From: Arenicellales bacterium | GTDB taxonomy: Bacteria; Pseudomonadota; Gammaproteobacteria; Arenicellales; JAJDZL01 | Direction: 5' to 3' | Assembly: GCA_965214875.1 (NCBI GenBank) | Contig: OZ243980.1 | Coordinates: 1,496,009 to 1,560,008, forward strand | Length of the DNA stretch: 64,000 nucleotides | Shown here: piece by piece, positions 20,796 to 31,200 of the stretch | Layout of the letters: the number at the start of each line of letters is the position of its first letter | Position numbering within the stretch: position 1 is the stretch's first letter | Made by a program: the position numbers and the translations under genes | The notes under the pieces: model-generated | What the model was told of the DNA's origin: nothing | Databases searched by the model: none | What the model saw: the letters and a program-made list of their open reading frames with translations, nothing else

Positions 20796-22535
20796 ATGAA
20801 CGACATAAGCAAAGACACCGCAACCGATACATTGGTCCAAAAGGATAAAAGCGGCAAAGTCATTTCAGGGGGTCATCTAGTCGCCAAGGCGCTCGCTAGC
20901 GAGGGCGTGGACACCATCTTCACGCTATGCGGCGGGCACATCATCGACATTTATGATGGATGCATCGACGAAGGAATCCGCATCGTGGACGTACGGCATG
21001 AGCAGACTGCTGCTCATGCCGCCGACGGCTATGCCCGCCAGACCGGCAAGCTCGGTTGCGTTGTCACGACTGCAGGCCCCGGCTGCACCAATGCGGTAAC
21101 CGGTGTTGCTACAGCCTTTCGGTCCGAAAGTCCGATTTTGCATATTGGAGGTCAAAGCTCTTTGACGCAGCATAGGATGGGGTCTTTGCAAGATTTGCCG
21201 CACGTCGACATGATGACTCCGATCACGAAGTTTGCGTCGGGCGTGTTCTCGACCGAACGGGTGGCCGATATGGTCTGCATGGCTGTGCGCGAATGCTTCA
21301 ACGGAGCATATGGACCTTCCTATCTCGAAATCCCGCGCGACATTCTTGATGCTGAGATTCCAATCGACAAGGCTGTCATTCCCAAGCCTGGCCACTATCG
21401 GGCATCGGTCAAGTCGATTGGCGACCCTGACGACATTGAGCGGCTTGCAGAAATTTTGATTGGCTCCAAGCGCCCCGCAGTGCTTTTCGGCCAGCAAGTA
21501 TGGGCTTCGCAAGGGCATGAGCAGGCGATCGAATTCGTTCGCGCACTTGATATTCCCGCCTACATGAATGGAGCTAGTCGCGGGATGCTCCCGGAAAGCG
21601 ACCCGCACCATTTCGATCGTACTCGCCGAGACGCTTTTTCTAATGCTGATGTCATTCTCATAGTCGGTACGCCGTTCGATTTTCGCATGGGGTACGGAAA
21701 GCGCATTTCAAGCGAACTGACGCTTGTACAAATTGACCAAAGCTATGCCACGGTTGGCAAGAACCGCGATATTGATTTGGGCATTGCCGGTGACCCGGGT
21801 GGAATCTTGGCCGCTGTTGCGCAATCGGCCAGTGGTCGGATAAGTCAGCAGGCGAAGCAAGAGCGTCAAGCATGGATGAAGCAACTGCGCGAGATCGAAG
21901 GCAAAAAGCTGGAAAAGCTGATGCCGATGTTCACCACGGATCAAAATCCCATTCATCCGTATCGTCTGGCCTATGAAATCAACCAGTTTCTTGGCGATGA
22001 CACCATATACATCGGTGATGGTGGCGATATCGTGACTATTTCAGCGCAAGCCGTGCGGCCACGCAACCCAGGCCAATGGATGGACCCGGGAGCGCTTGGT
22101 TCGCTTGGTGTCGGAACCGGCTTTGCAATGGCCGCGAAACTAGCGCACCCGAACAAAGAGGTTGTGTGTCTGTATGGAGATGGATCTTTCGGCATGACTG
22201 CGTTCGATATGGAGACATCGCAGCGCTTTGGCGCTCCTTATCTTGCCGTTGTCGGTAACAACTCTGCTATGAACCAGATCCGCTATGGGCAGATTACCAA
22301 GTATGGCATGGAACGCGGCGATGTGGGCAACAAGCTTGGAGATGTGCCGTTTAGCAAGTTTGCGGAAATGATCGGGGGGTATGGCGAAGAGGTCCATCAG
22401 GCAAGCGAGATACAGCCGGCGTTGCAACGTGCTAGGGAAACGATTGCGCGGACCGGCAAGTGCGCGGTCATCAATGTCTGGGTCGACCCGAACGAATATG
22501 CTCCGGGCACCAAGGCTCAAACCATGTACAAGTAA
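20796..22535 (+). CDS. oxc: Oxalyl-CoA decarboxylase (ThDP-dependent)
   Basis: 579-aa ThDP enzyme (GGHLVAKALASEGVDTIFTLCGGHI, GDGSFGMTAFDMET). It lies immediately upstream of frc, which is the canonical oxc-frc pairing. Confidence 0.8.
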   Translation: MNDISKDTATDTLVQKDKSGKVISGGHLVAKALASEGVDTIFTLCGGHIIDIYDGCIDEGIRIVDVRHEQTAAHAADGYARQTGKLGCVVTTAGPGCTNAVTGVATAFRSESPILHIGGQSSLTQHRMGSLQDLPHVDMMTPITKFASGVFSTERVADMVCMAVRECFNGAYGPSYLEIPRDILDAEIPIDKAVIPKPGHYRASVKSIGDPDDIERLAEILIGSKRPAVLFGQQVWASQGHEQAIEFVRALDIPAYMNGASRGMLPESDPHHFDRTRRDAFSNADVILIVGTPFDFRMGYGKRISSELTLVQIDQSYATVGKNRDIDLGIAGDPGGILAAVAQSASGRISQQAKQERQAWMKQLREIEGKKLEKLMPMFTTDQNPIHPYRLAYEINQFLGDDTIYIGDGGDIVTISAQAVRPRNPGQWMDPGALGSLGVGTGFAMAAKLAHPNKEVVCLYGDGSFGMTAFDMETSQRFGAPYLAVVGNNSAMNQIRYGQITKYGMERGDVGNKLGDVPFSKFAEMIGGYGEEVHQASEIQPALQRARETIARTGKCAVINVWVDPNEYAPGTKAQTMYK

Positions 22536-22568
22536 TGTCAACTTATTAGCGTGTCGGAGTACGTGCCC

Positions 22569-23813
22569 ATGAAGGCTCTTGATGGAGTAAAGATCCTAGA
22601 TTTCACCCATGTCCAGTCAGGTCCGACCTGTACTCAGCTTCTGGCCTGGTTTGGTGCGGATGTCATTAAGGTCGAGCGTCCCGGAGTCGGTGATGCAACG
22701 CGCAAGCAGCTGGTTGACATTCCCGATGCGGATTCGCTCTACTTCACCATGCTCAATCATAACAAGCGCTCATTGACCTTGAATACCAAGACTGAGCAAG
22801 GCAAGGAGGCATTGGAGCGACTGATCAAAGAGTGCGATGTGCTGGTTGAAAACTTCGCGCCCGGCGCTCTTGATCGAATGGGCTTCGGATGGGACCGGGT
22901 GCAGAAAATAAATCCGAGGATGATCATGGCTTCGGTCAAGGGTTTTGGTCCCGGACCGTACGAGAATTGCAAAGTCTATGAAAATGTCGCGCAATGTGCC
23001 GGTGGTAGTGCTTCTACGACCGGATTTCGCGAGGGTCCGCCGCTGGTAACCGCGGCGCAAGTTGGCGACTCTGGCACTGGGCTTCATCTGGCATTGGGAA
23101 TTGTCACGGCGCTCTATCATCGGGAAAAATCAGGCAAAGGCCAGCGTGTCATGGCGGCAATGCAGGATGGGGTGCTCAACCTTTGCAGAGTCAAGTTGCG
23201 TGACCAGCAGCGACTTGCGGCAGGTCCGTTGAAGGAGTATTCGCAATATGGCGAAGGCGTTCCGTTTGGCGGGGCGACCCCGCGAGCAGGGAACGACTCA
23301 GGCGGAGGACAGCCTGGCCGCATACTGAAGTGCAAGGGTTGGGAGAACGACCCCGATGCATATACCTACTTCATTACGCAAGCGGCGGTCTGGCAGCAGA
23401 TTTGCGATGTAATCAGCAAGCCCGAGTGGAAAGAAGATCCCGATTATGCGACACCAGATGCTCGCTTGCCCAGACTCAATGAGGTATTCGGGGCAATCGA
23501 ACGGTGGACGATGACTAAGACAAAGTTTGAAGTCATGGATATCTGCAACCCGCTGAATATTCCGGTTGGTCCAATACTATCGATGAGGGAATTGGCGGAG
23601 GAGCCGTCGTTGCGACGTACTGGCACTGTGGTTGAGGTGGATCACCCCGAGCGCGGCAAGTATCTGACGGTGGGCTGCCCGGTCAAGTTGTCTGATTCGC
23701 CTGCCGAGGTGACACGCTCGCCGTTGCTTGGCGAGCATAGCGATGAAGTGCTGATGGAGCTGGGCTACTCTGAATCGGATATTCGCAGGATGCGTGAAAC
23801 TGGCGTCATCTGA
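22569..23813 (+). CDS. frc: Formyl-CoA:oxalate CoA-transferase (class III CoA-transferase)
   Basis: [45 protein letters not shown] closely follows the Frc N-terminus. 414 aa from ATG 22569. Confidence 0.85.
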   Translation: MKALDGVKILDFTHVQSGPTCTQLLAWFGADVIKVERPGVGDATRKQLVDIPDADSLYFTMLNHNKRSLTLNTKTEQGKEALERLIKECDVLVENFAPGALDRMGFGWDRVQKINPRMIMASVKGFGPGPYENCKVYENVAQCAGGSASTTGFREGPPLVTAAQVGDSGTGLHLALGIVTALYHREKSGKGQRVMAAMQDGVLNLCRVKLRDQQRLAAGPLKEYSQYGEGVPFGGATPRAGNDSGGGQPGRILKCKGWENDPDAYTYFITQAAVWQQICDVISKPEWKEDPDYATPDARLPRLNEVFGAIERWTMTKTKFEVMDICNPLNIPVGPILSMRELAEEPSLRRTGTVVEVDHPERGKYLTVGCPVKLSDSPAEVTRSPLLGEHSDEVLMELGYSESDIRRMRETGVI

Positions 23814-23890
23814 TGATTGCAGGGTAGCGCGATTAGCCGCGAGCTCTATCACGCAGCGTTTGAACTTTAGCTCGCAAGGAGATTGGATAA

Positions 23891-24802
23891 ATGAGAATTG
23901 TTGTTCACGGACAGCAGGCATTCGGGCGCGCGGTGCTTGAAAAGTTGCTCGATCGAGGGGAAGATGTCGTGGCAGTTTGCACGGCGCCGGACAAGGAAGG
24001 CCGTCCGGTAGACACGCTGAAAGAACTGGCGCTAGAAAAAGGGCTTGAAGTGCATCAGCCATCTTCGTGGAAGGCCGACGAGGCGGTAGAGCTGATGAAG
24101 TCGTTTAATGCAGACCTATGCATGATGGCGTATGTGCTGCTTTTTGTCCCTTCAGCGGTGCTTAATGTTCCGAAACATGGCTCGTTTCAATATCATCCAT
24201 CGTTGCTTCCCATGCATCGGGGGCCATCATCGATAAATTGGCCTATCGCGATGGGTGCGACCCAAACCGGACTGTCCATCTTTTGGCCTGACGATGGTTT
24301 GGATGAAGGCCCGATACTCATGCAAAAGACATGCGAAATCGGACCCGACGAGACGCTAGGCGATATCTACTTCAAAAAACTCTTCCCGATGGGGGTCGAA
24401 GCGATGATTGAATCGCTCGATTTGGTACGAGCGGGCATGGCGCCGCGAATTGAGCAAAATCTTTCAGATGGCTCGTACGAGTCATGGTTTGGCAAGGAAG
24501 AAGCTCAGATTGATTGGACTGCGCCGATTGCCAATGTCTACAACATGATTCGTGCGGCGAATCCCCAGCCTGGCGCATGGACCACGCGAAATGGTTCGGA
24601 GGTCAAAATTTACAACTGCTCCAAGCAAGATGGTGCGGGCAATCCTGGTGAAGTGATCGGGCTGGATGACAGCAGCTTTGAAGTGGCTGCCGTCGGCGGT
24701 TCCATTCGGATACATAAGGTTCGCGCCTCCGCTGGCAAGGTTTCAGCAGGAGAGTATGCGTCGGAATCTGCACTGAGCATTGGCGAAGTTCTAGGCCGGT
24801 AG
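23891..24802 (+). CDS. Formyltransferase-family protein resembling the N-terminal hydrolase/formyl-transfer domain of 10-formyl-THF dehydrogenase (Fmt/FDH-N like)
   Basis: MRIVVHGQQAFG...HPSLLPMHRGPSSINWPI...GLSIFWPDDGLDEGPIL. The HxSLLPxxRG and D-containing catalytic blocks of formyl_trans_N are followed by a formyl_trans_C-like domain. AAGGAG RBS. Confidence 0.7.
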   Translation: MRIVVHGQQAFGRAVLEKLLDRGEDVVAVCTAPDKEGRPVDTLKELALEKGLEVHQPSSWKADEAVELMKSFNADLCMMAYVLLFVPSAVLNVPKHGSFQYHPSLLPMHRGPSSINWPIAMGATQTGLSIFWPDDGLDEGPILMQKTCEIGPDETLGDIYFKKLFPMGVEAMIESLDLVRAGMAPRIEQNLSDGSYESWFGKEEAQIDWTAPIANVYNMIRAANPQPGAWTTRNGSEVKIYNCSKQDGAGNPGEVIGLDDSSFEVAAVGGSIRIHKVRASAGKVSAGEYASESALSIGEVLGR

Positions 24803-24949
24803 AATCCGGCCAAGAACTCCAACCTCATCTAGTTGTTGCCACGAGCCGCGGATTGCGCCGATCTTACGCGGCCTCACTGTGCGAGACGGCTATCGCTTTA
24901 ACAGGCAGCGATACAGTTCACCCAAGCGCAGGTCGAAGGCGGGTTGACC

Positions 24950-26721
24950 ATGCAATACTTTCAGACACAGGGCAACGGCGATTCTGCAGATCATTATTCG
25001 CCTGCGCTTTGGGATAATGTTGCTAATCGTGTTCTGAATGAATTCAGAGATTTCTACCGCCAATTTCAAAAAATACCTAAACTATCGAACTAGCTTTCGA
25101 AAGACGGGACCACACCCGCTCACTACGTCTGAGTAGCCGGCGATTGCGGCTTTGCAGCATCAGCATTCGCGATTTCAGCCCCTATCTTGCGCAGGAGTTT
25201 CCAGATCTTGCGGCCGCCGAACCGTTATGGAAAAAGTCGAGAATCGATACCTTGAAATGGTGGAAGGCGATTACACTGCTGACTTTTCGTTTGCCTATCT
25301 GCACTCGATTCGCCGCACAATCTATCGGGGCGAATGGCGCATCGAAGACTATGCCAGCTACCGTAACAAGTATCAGACTGATGAGGTGATGGACGATCAG
25401 ATCGTTCGCTACGCGATTGAAGGCGAGCTGACGGCCGAGACAGTCAAGAAAATTTTGGCAATGGAAGTTTTTCGAGCGTCTTTCGAGGATATTGATCGGG
25501 ATGCCGATCGAATCGTAAAGCATGCATATCGAAACCTTGATCTCGAATCTCGTCTCGCGAATTCACCAATGACCATCGAAATGTTTCTGGCTGGTTTCTA
25601 CCGCAATCTAGGCGCCTATCTCGTTGGACGAGTTACTTTCGACAACAAGCGCTATCGCCCATTCATTATCGCTTTGCTAAATGGCGACCATGGCAGCTAT
25701 GTGGATGCATTGATAAACCTATGCGCATAACATGTTCAGTTCGACGTTAGGCCAATTTCAATGTGACCAATTTCTACTCTCACGAATTGTGCCGGTTTTT
25801 ACGCAGCATCATGCCGAAACGTTCGCTGGGCCCGCACTATTCGACGATCGGGTGCAACCATTTGGGAAAAGTGGCAGTGATGGCTGAATTGCAAGGTGAA
25901 TTTGCATCCCATCGCGAACCGATGAATGTAGCCCCCGGAAAGCCGGGAACGGTGGCCATTGCATTTTGCATGCCTCAGTCGGCATATGTTCTCAAGGTTA
26001 TTCGCGATATGCCGGCAGGCGACTACAAGTGGGGCAAGTTTGAAGGCACGGCATCGGTGCTTCGAAAATATAACAGGGTGCACGAAATCAACCGCATGGA
26101 CAGCATGCTGGATACGATGATTTTCTATAATCTTCTACTGAAGATTTCATGGTTCGCGCCTGAGTTGCTGAGTCTGCTTCTTGCTGACGCAAGCGAGAGC
26201 GTGGTGCTTGATGATGAAGCGCTGGTGTTCAAATATCTGGTTGTGCAGCGCAAGTTAACCCCATTGCCGATCTATCTTGAGAACGCAGCACCTCATCAAG
26301 CTGCCATAGCAATGAGCAATCTGGGATATTGCATCAAGAATATGCTGCAGGCAACATTTTCAATCGCGATCTTGATGCGCGCAATTATGGCGTATCTTCC
26401 TATTTGAAGGTCTATCTGTACGACTATGATGCGCTGGAAGATCTCACCAATGTCAGGATACGCACCAACTCCGACCGGGTTGACGGAGAGGAGGATGTGC
26501 CGGAGTGGTATTTCGAAGACGGCGTAGCATTCTTGCCGGAAGAGCTTGTTGTCGGCTTATGTTTGCCGCATCGGGATTTGCGTCGCCGATTTTCGGCCGA
26601 GCATGCTTCGTTGCTCGAGATGAGCTACTGGAAATCGGTGCAAGAAGACTTGCTGGTCGGCAAAGTGCCGCCGGTGAGCGTCTATCCGGATTCGGAGCGG
26701 TTGACGGATACGGACGCTTGA
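24950..26721 (+). pseudogene. aceK: Isocitrate dehydrogenase kinase/phosphatase, disrupted by multiple frameshifts and a stop
   Basis: AceK-like blocks are spread over all three + frames: NRVLNEFRDFYRQFQ (ends at TAG 25091), ..FSPYLAQEF.., VENRYLEMVEGDYTADFSFAYLHSIRR...FYRNLGAYLVGRV, FLRSIMPKRS...PGKPGTVAIAF.., NIFNRDLDARNYGVS...VYLYDYDALE...VPEWYFEDGVAFLPEE. At least 5 frame breaks, near 25091, 25225, 25725-25760 and 26345. Confidence 0.7.
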
Positions 26722-26732
26722 CGGCCTCCTGG

Positions 26733-27110
26733 CTAGACCGGCAGCGTGAAAATCCACCGGTCGATAGCCCAGATCGTCGCATAGTAGACGGCCAGCAGTT
26801 GGGCGAGCATAACGGCTGTTCCGCTCCAGCGGACCAGCGTTGCGCTTTGGGAGGTGAATTCGCCATTGCGGTGCATTGCGACCCATTGAGCTAGCCGTTG
26901 ATGCATCCAAGCCGGTGCGCCGCCGATGACGATGCCGCAAAATAGCAGGCCGCAAAGCACAAAGAGCAGTCCTTTCCACTGAAAAAGATGTTTCCAGGCA
27001 TCGTTTTGCCAGACAATGAAAAACGTCACGCCAATAAATGCCATGGCTGCGAAGTTGAGCGTGGCTCGTTTTGCTACGGAATAAACCAGATTTTTCGGCA
27101 GTGAGCGCAT
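26733..27110 (-). CDS. Hypothetical 4-TM membrane protein
   Basis: 125 aa, hydrophobic, with host-like composition. No family recognised. Confidence 0.45.
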   Translation of the reverse strand: MRSLPKNLVYSVAKRATLNFAAMAFIGVTFFIVWQNDAWKHLFQWKGLLFVLCGLLFCGIVIGGAPAWMHQRLAQWVAMHRNGEFTSQSATLVRWSGTAVMLAQLLAVYYATIWAIDRWIFTLPV

Positions 27111-27119
27111 TATCTCCTT

Positions 27120-27254
27120 AAAATCGCGTTAGGGAGGCTGAAAAAGGGAAGAAAATCTTGCATGCAATAATCGGTGTTTTACATGAAACAACCTTTCACG
27201 TGTTGGGTGAATCGGATTGAGGCAAGGCTTTACGGCTATCCTAATCACACACAA
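27120..27254 (+). mobile_element. IS1380-like left-end remnant, interrupted by IS481-like copy B
   Basis: aaaatcgcgttagggaggctgaaaaaggg...ggcaaggctttacggctatcctaatcacacacaa aligns with the left end of the 62093 copy (aaaatcgcgttagggtggctgcaaaagggg...ggagcaaggctttatggacatccaatcatacaag). It is more AT-rich and stops where IS481-like copy B begins. Confidence 0.55.
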
Positions 27255-28020
27255 TGTCCGGGGTCAAATACATGCGGGCGCACGAAAATTTTTCAGGCAG
27301 CATAGTGCTTCACACAAATCCATCAGCCGAAAGGCGGGAGAAAGCACCATGCAAGCCGAATATCCGCACCGCAGATTTTATCGCCTCGACGCGATCCGCG
27401 ACGAACTTTCGCCGCAGGCCGCCTAGTGCTTCGACAGTCTCGCGCTGTTCGACCGCCACGCCAAGCGCTGGCGCTACGGCGACCGCAGGCGAAAGCTGGG
27501 CTAGATGGTCCAAATCGATCACCTGAGCGTCTCTATCGAAGCCGGCTTCGCGGTCAAGGAGTCCGAGGCCGTCTGCCCGGTCTCTAAACTTTGCTGTATG
27601 CGCGCCTGCTCGCGCGCCACCGCCGCTTGCACCTCGAAGTTCCTGGACCATCTCATCCGCCAGGCGCCGTTCAATATCGAGTCGGTGCAGGTCGACGGCG
27701 GCAGCGAGTCCGCGGCCGAGTTCGAGACCGCCTGCCAGCGGCGCGGCATCGCCCTGTTCGCGCTGCCGCCCAAAAGCCCCAATTGCAGCGGCTGCGTCGA
27801 GCGCGCCAACGCGGCCGGCCGCTACGAGTTCCACCAGTTCTACGACGGCGAGCTGAGCGTCGGCGCCCTGAACGTCGAGCTGGCCGAATTCGAGCGCCTC
27901 TGCAACGCCTATCGCCCGCACCAGGCACTCGGGCAAGCGGCGCCCATGAGGCGTATAATGAAAACTTCGACCAAGGCGCGCTTGCCGCCTGAACAGTCTC
28001 ATATGCATTGAACCAGTACA
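27255..28020 (+). mobile_element. IS481-like element, copy B (766 bp, internal 374-bp deletion)
   Basis: Ends are TGTCCGGGGTCAAATACATG ... CATATGCATTGAACCAGTACA. Relative to copy C it lacks the segment between two GTTCGACC octamers (48456 and 48830 in copy C). It retains the rve C-terminal half (ORF 27505..28011). Confidence 0.75.
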
Positions 28021-28159
28021 CATAAATTTCAAAAATTCAAGCGGTTGATGTATCATGATGCCTGCAATCTAGTTGGCAATCGCTGTCGCGAATAAGGAGT
28101 GTATCAGCATCATGACAGAAAAAATGCAGCGAAAAGGAAAGAGCCGGCTTAGCTTTCCG

Positions 28160-28168
28160 CCCCCCCCC
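28160..28168 (+). repeat. Homopolymer C9 inside the 5' end of the autotransporter gene
   Basis: Counted directly: ...agctttccg CCCCCCCCC tccttcaac... Confidence 0.95.
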
Positions 28169-28236
28169 TCCTTCAACTAAGGCCGCATAGATTCCGGCCG
28201 TCCCGGTCTGGCCGGGCGCTGGTCCCGGCAATCGCC

Positions 28237-31200
28237 ATGCTGGCGCTTTGCGCCTCCCCCGCGCAGGCCGCGAACGAATGCGGCGAACTCGACCCTGACA
28301 ACTCCCGGTCCATCGTTTGCGCGGCCGGCGATTCGGCCGGCGACTACGACGCATCCGAAGGCAACATCTTCTACGAGATTTCGGACCGGGATGCCGACTA
28401 CCGGTTCGAGGTCCGCGAAGGGGTGGTCATCACGGGGGTGCGCAGCAACAAGTCGCAGGCGCTCGAGGAGGACAACGTCGGCGGCGAGCCCCAGGACGAC
28501 CACGGCCGGCGGAACTACAGGCCAGGTGGTGTCCTGGGCGATCCCAAGAATCCCGTGGAGGGGGATCCGCCGCACGCCTTGTACGGCGGCATCTTCATCG
28601 ACACGGACGAGGAGTTCGACGGCGACATCGCGCTGGAGTCGCGGGCCGACATCACGGTGATGAACGAGCCCTTCTCCACCGACGACCCGAACCTGAGAGG
28701 ACAAAGGCGCGAGGGCTTGCACGCTGTCTCCGTCGCCCGCGGCATCAGCGTCGCGCACTACGGCAGGTCGGGCGACCTCGACTTGAGGGTCGGGGGCTCG
28801 ATCCGCAGTCCCGGGACCGGCGTGTACGCCGAGATCGACAGCTTGCACCCCGACAAGGAGGGCAGCATGTTCAGGGACATCGACTTCGTCGGCGACATCG
28901 CCATCGATCTGCTGCCCGGCTTGAAAATCCTGACCGACGGCGAGGACGGTCATGGCGTGAGCGCGCAAAACTTCGGCAGCGGCGATATCACCATCACCGC
29001 GAGGAGGGCGAGGCGCTCCGGCGGGCCCGACATCCGGACCATGGGCCATGACGCCAGCGGGTTTCAGGTCAGACTGGGCAACCGGCATGACGTTTTCGAA
29101 AATGTCGAGGACCGCAATATAAACATCGATCTTGAGAATTTCCATATCAAAACCGAAGGCGGCTTCGGCACCGATAGCGGCCGGGATTTCGGGGCTCCCA
29201 GAGATTACTCGTTCGAAGGATCCAGGGGCTTGAAGGTTTACCACTTTACGAAAGGCGCGATGAACATCGCCCTGGCCGGCAGCAAGGTGGAGACCGAAGG
29301 CGTGCGCGGCCAGGGCATCTACGCGGTGTATTTTGCCGACGGCAGGCGAATGAATCAGGATGGCATGCTGCAGAATCACGGTCCCTTGCCTAAGAATACT
29401 AACGGCGGCGGGGCTATCAATATCGATCTCGCGGACACGCAGATCATGACCAGGGGAAACTATGCGGACGCGGTCTTCGGCTATCACGGGTCGGAAGGCG
29501 ATATCGACATCGATGTCGCTCGCGGCAGCGAAGTCACGACGGAGGGCGCGAACGCGCATGCCGTCGCCGGCCTGCATCACGGCACGGGCGATGTGATTGT
29601 CGATGTTCGCAGCAGCCGCATCGCCACGAAGGGCGCGGGGTCGGACGGCATCCGCGGCGGGCACCGCGGCGCGGGGGCCGTCATGATCACGGCCCGGAAC
29701 GCGGACATCAGGACGGAGGGCGATAAGGCGGACGGCATCTTCGCCTTCCATTTGGGGGCGGGCGGCACAGTCGATCTGACGAAATATGATCAGGCGGCGC
29801 CGGTATCGGCGGCGCGCGGCACCGGCCCTCGGGAACTTTTCGATGCGGCGCCGGCAGCGGATTTCGATTCGAGCGCAGGACCGCCCCGGATCCGTATCGA
29901 GGTCGATGGCGGAGAGATCGTCGCGGCCTGCGCCGGCGAGGACGCGGAGGACCCCGCCGACTGCCGGGGCCGGGGCATCGTCGCCGAGTTCGGCCCTGCC
30001 GCGCAAGACGGCGAGGCCCGGGTCGACATCGCCCGGGCGGTGGTCAGGGGCAGGCGCGCGGTCGAGTTCAAGGGCGGCCGGGGCGTGCTCAATCTCGCCG
30101 ACAGCCGTTTGGTCGGCAATGTGCTGTTTGCCGATGGCGACTACGACGACGTGCTGAGCATCACGCAAAGGTCCGGTTCCGGGCGGATTGGCGGAAGCGT
30201 CAATTTCCTTGGCGGCGACAACGACAAGCTGACGCTCGACATTGCCGACGGCCAGCACTTTGTTTTCGACGGGCCGGTTGTCGGGCTGGAGTCCTTCAGC
30301 AAAACGGGCGGCGGCTGGGTGCGCCTCGCCGACAATGCCGACTTCGCAAACAGCAGCCTGATGGTGGATGACGGGTATCTGGTCGTTGCCGGGCTGCTGA
30401 ATGCCGGCTCGGGCGAGCTGACCGTAAAAAACGCCGGCCGGCTGGTGTTCGAGGCGGGCCTTGACGGCTCGCCCGGCACCATCAGGCATGGGCAGATCAT
30501 TGCCGGCAGGCTGCGCTTTGAGGGCGTTCAAGGCGATGGCGGGCCGTTCGTGCTTTTTCAGCTGGACGAAGATTTGAGCGAAAAGCAGGTCGCTGAGGCG
30601 CGGCGGCTTCTGGCGGCATCGAACGGCTTGAATCTGCTCTATCCCGTCGAGTCGGTCACCGACGGGGCTGAGTCTGAGCTGGACGACCTGGAGATTCGGT
30701 CGCGGTCGGATGGCGGCGGCGAGTCGAAGGTCGGCATGATAGCGATCGATGATGACGGCATAGGCAAAGCCACGTTTGATCAGGAGGCGAAAGACAGGAT
30801 TGGCCGGCTGGATTTGCCGGGGACGTTCGTTGCCGGCGGGGGCGGGGGCACCGGCGGTTCCGGCGGGGGCGGTTCCGGCGGCGGGGGCGGCATTCTCGGC
30901 CTCGGCCTGCTGGCGGTGCTGCTGGGCGCTTTCCTTGGCGGCGGCGAGGAGGCGGATGCGGGCTTTGCCGAATACGGCCTGGGCTTTGCGCGGCCGGCCC
31001 ATGTCGCCGCGGCCGACGAGCGCGGCGTGCTGACCTTGCGCGAAGCGGGCGGGCGGCCCTACCGGCTGTGGGTGCGCACCGGCGCGGGCGCCCAGGCGCT
31101 GCCGATGGCCGGAGTCCCGGGCCTTGGCGCGGACGGCCTGGAGATCGGCTTCAGCCTGCGCGGCGGGGACGGCTTCCGTCTGAGCGCCTCGGCGGTGCCC

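Noticed and set aside
27310-28056. Minus-strand ORFs antisense to the IS481-like copies (27310..28056, 48387..49358, 55424..56053) and + strand ORF 14834..15328
   Set aside because: They mirror the transposase frames of a GC-rich element and recur only because the IS is repeated. They have no independent coding signal.
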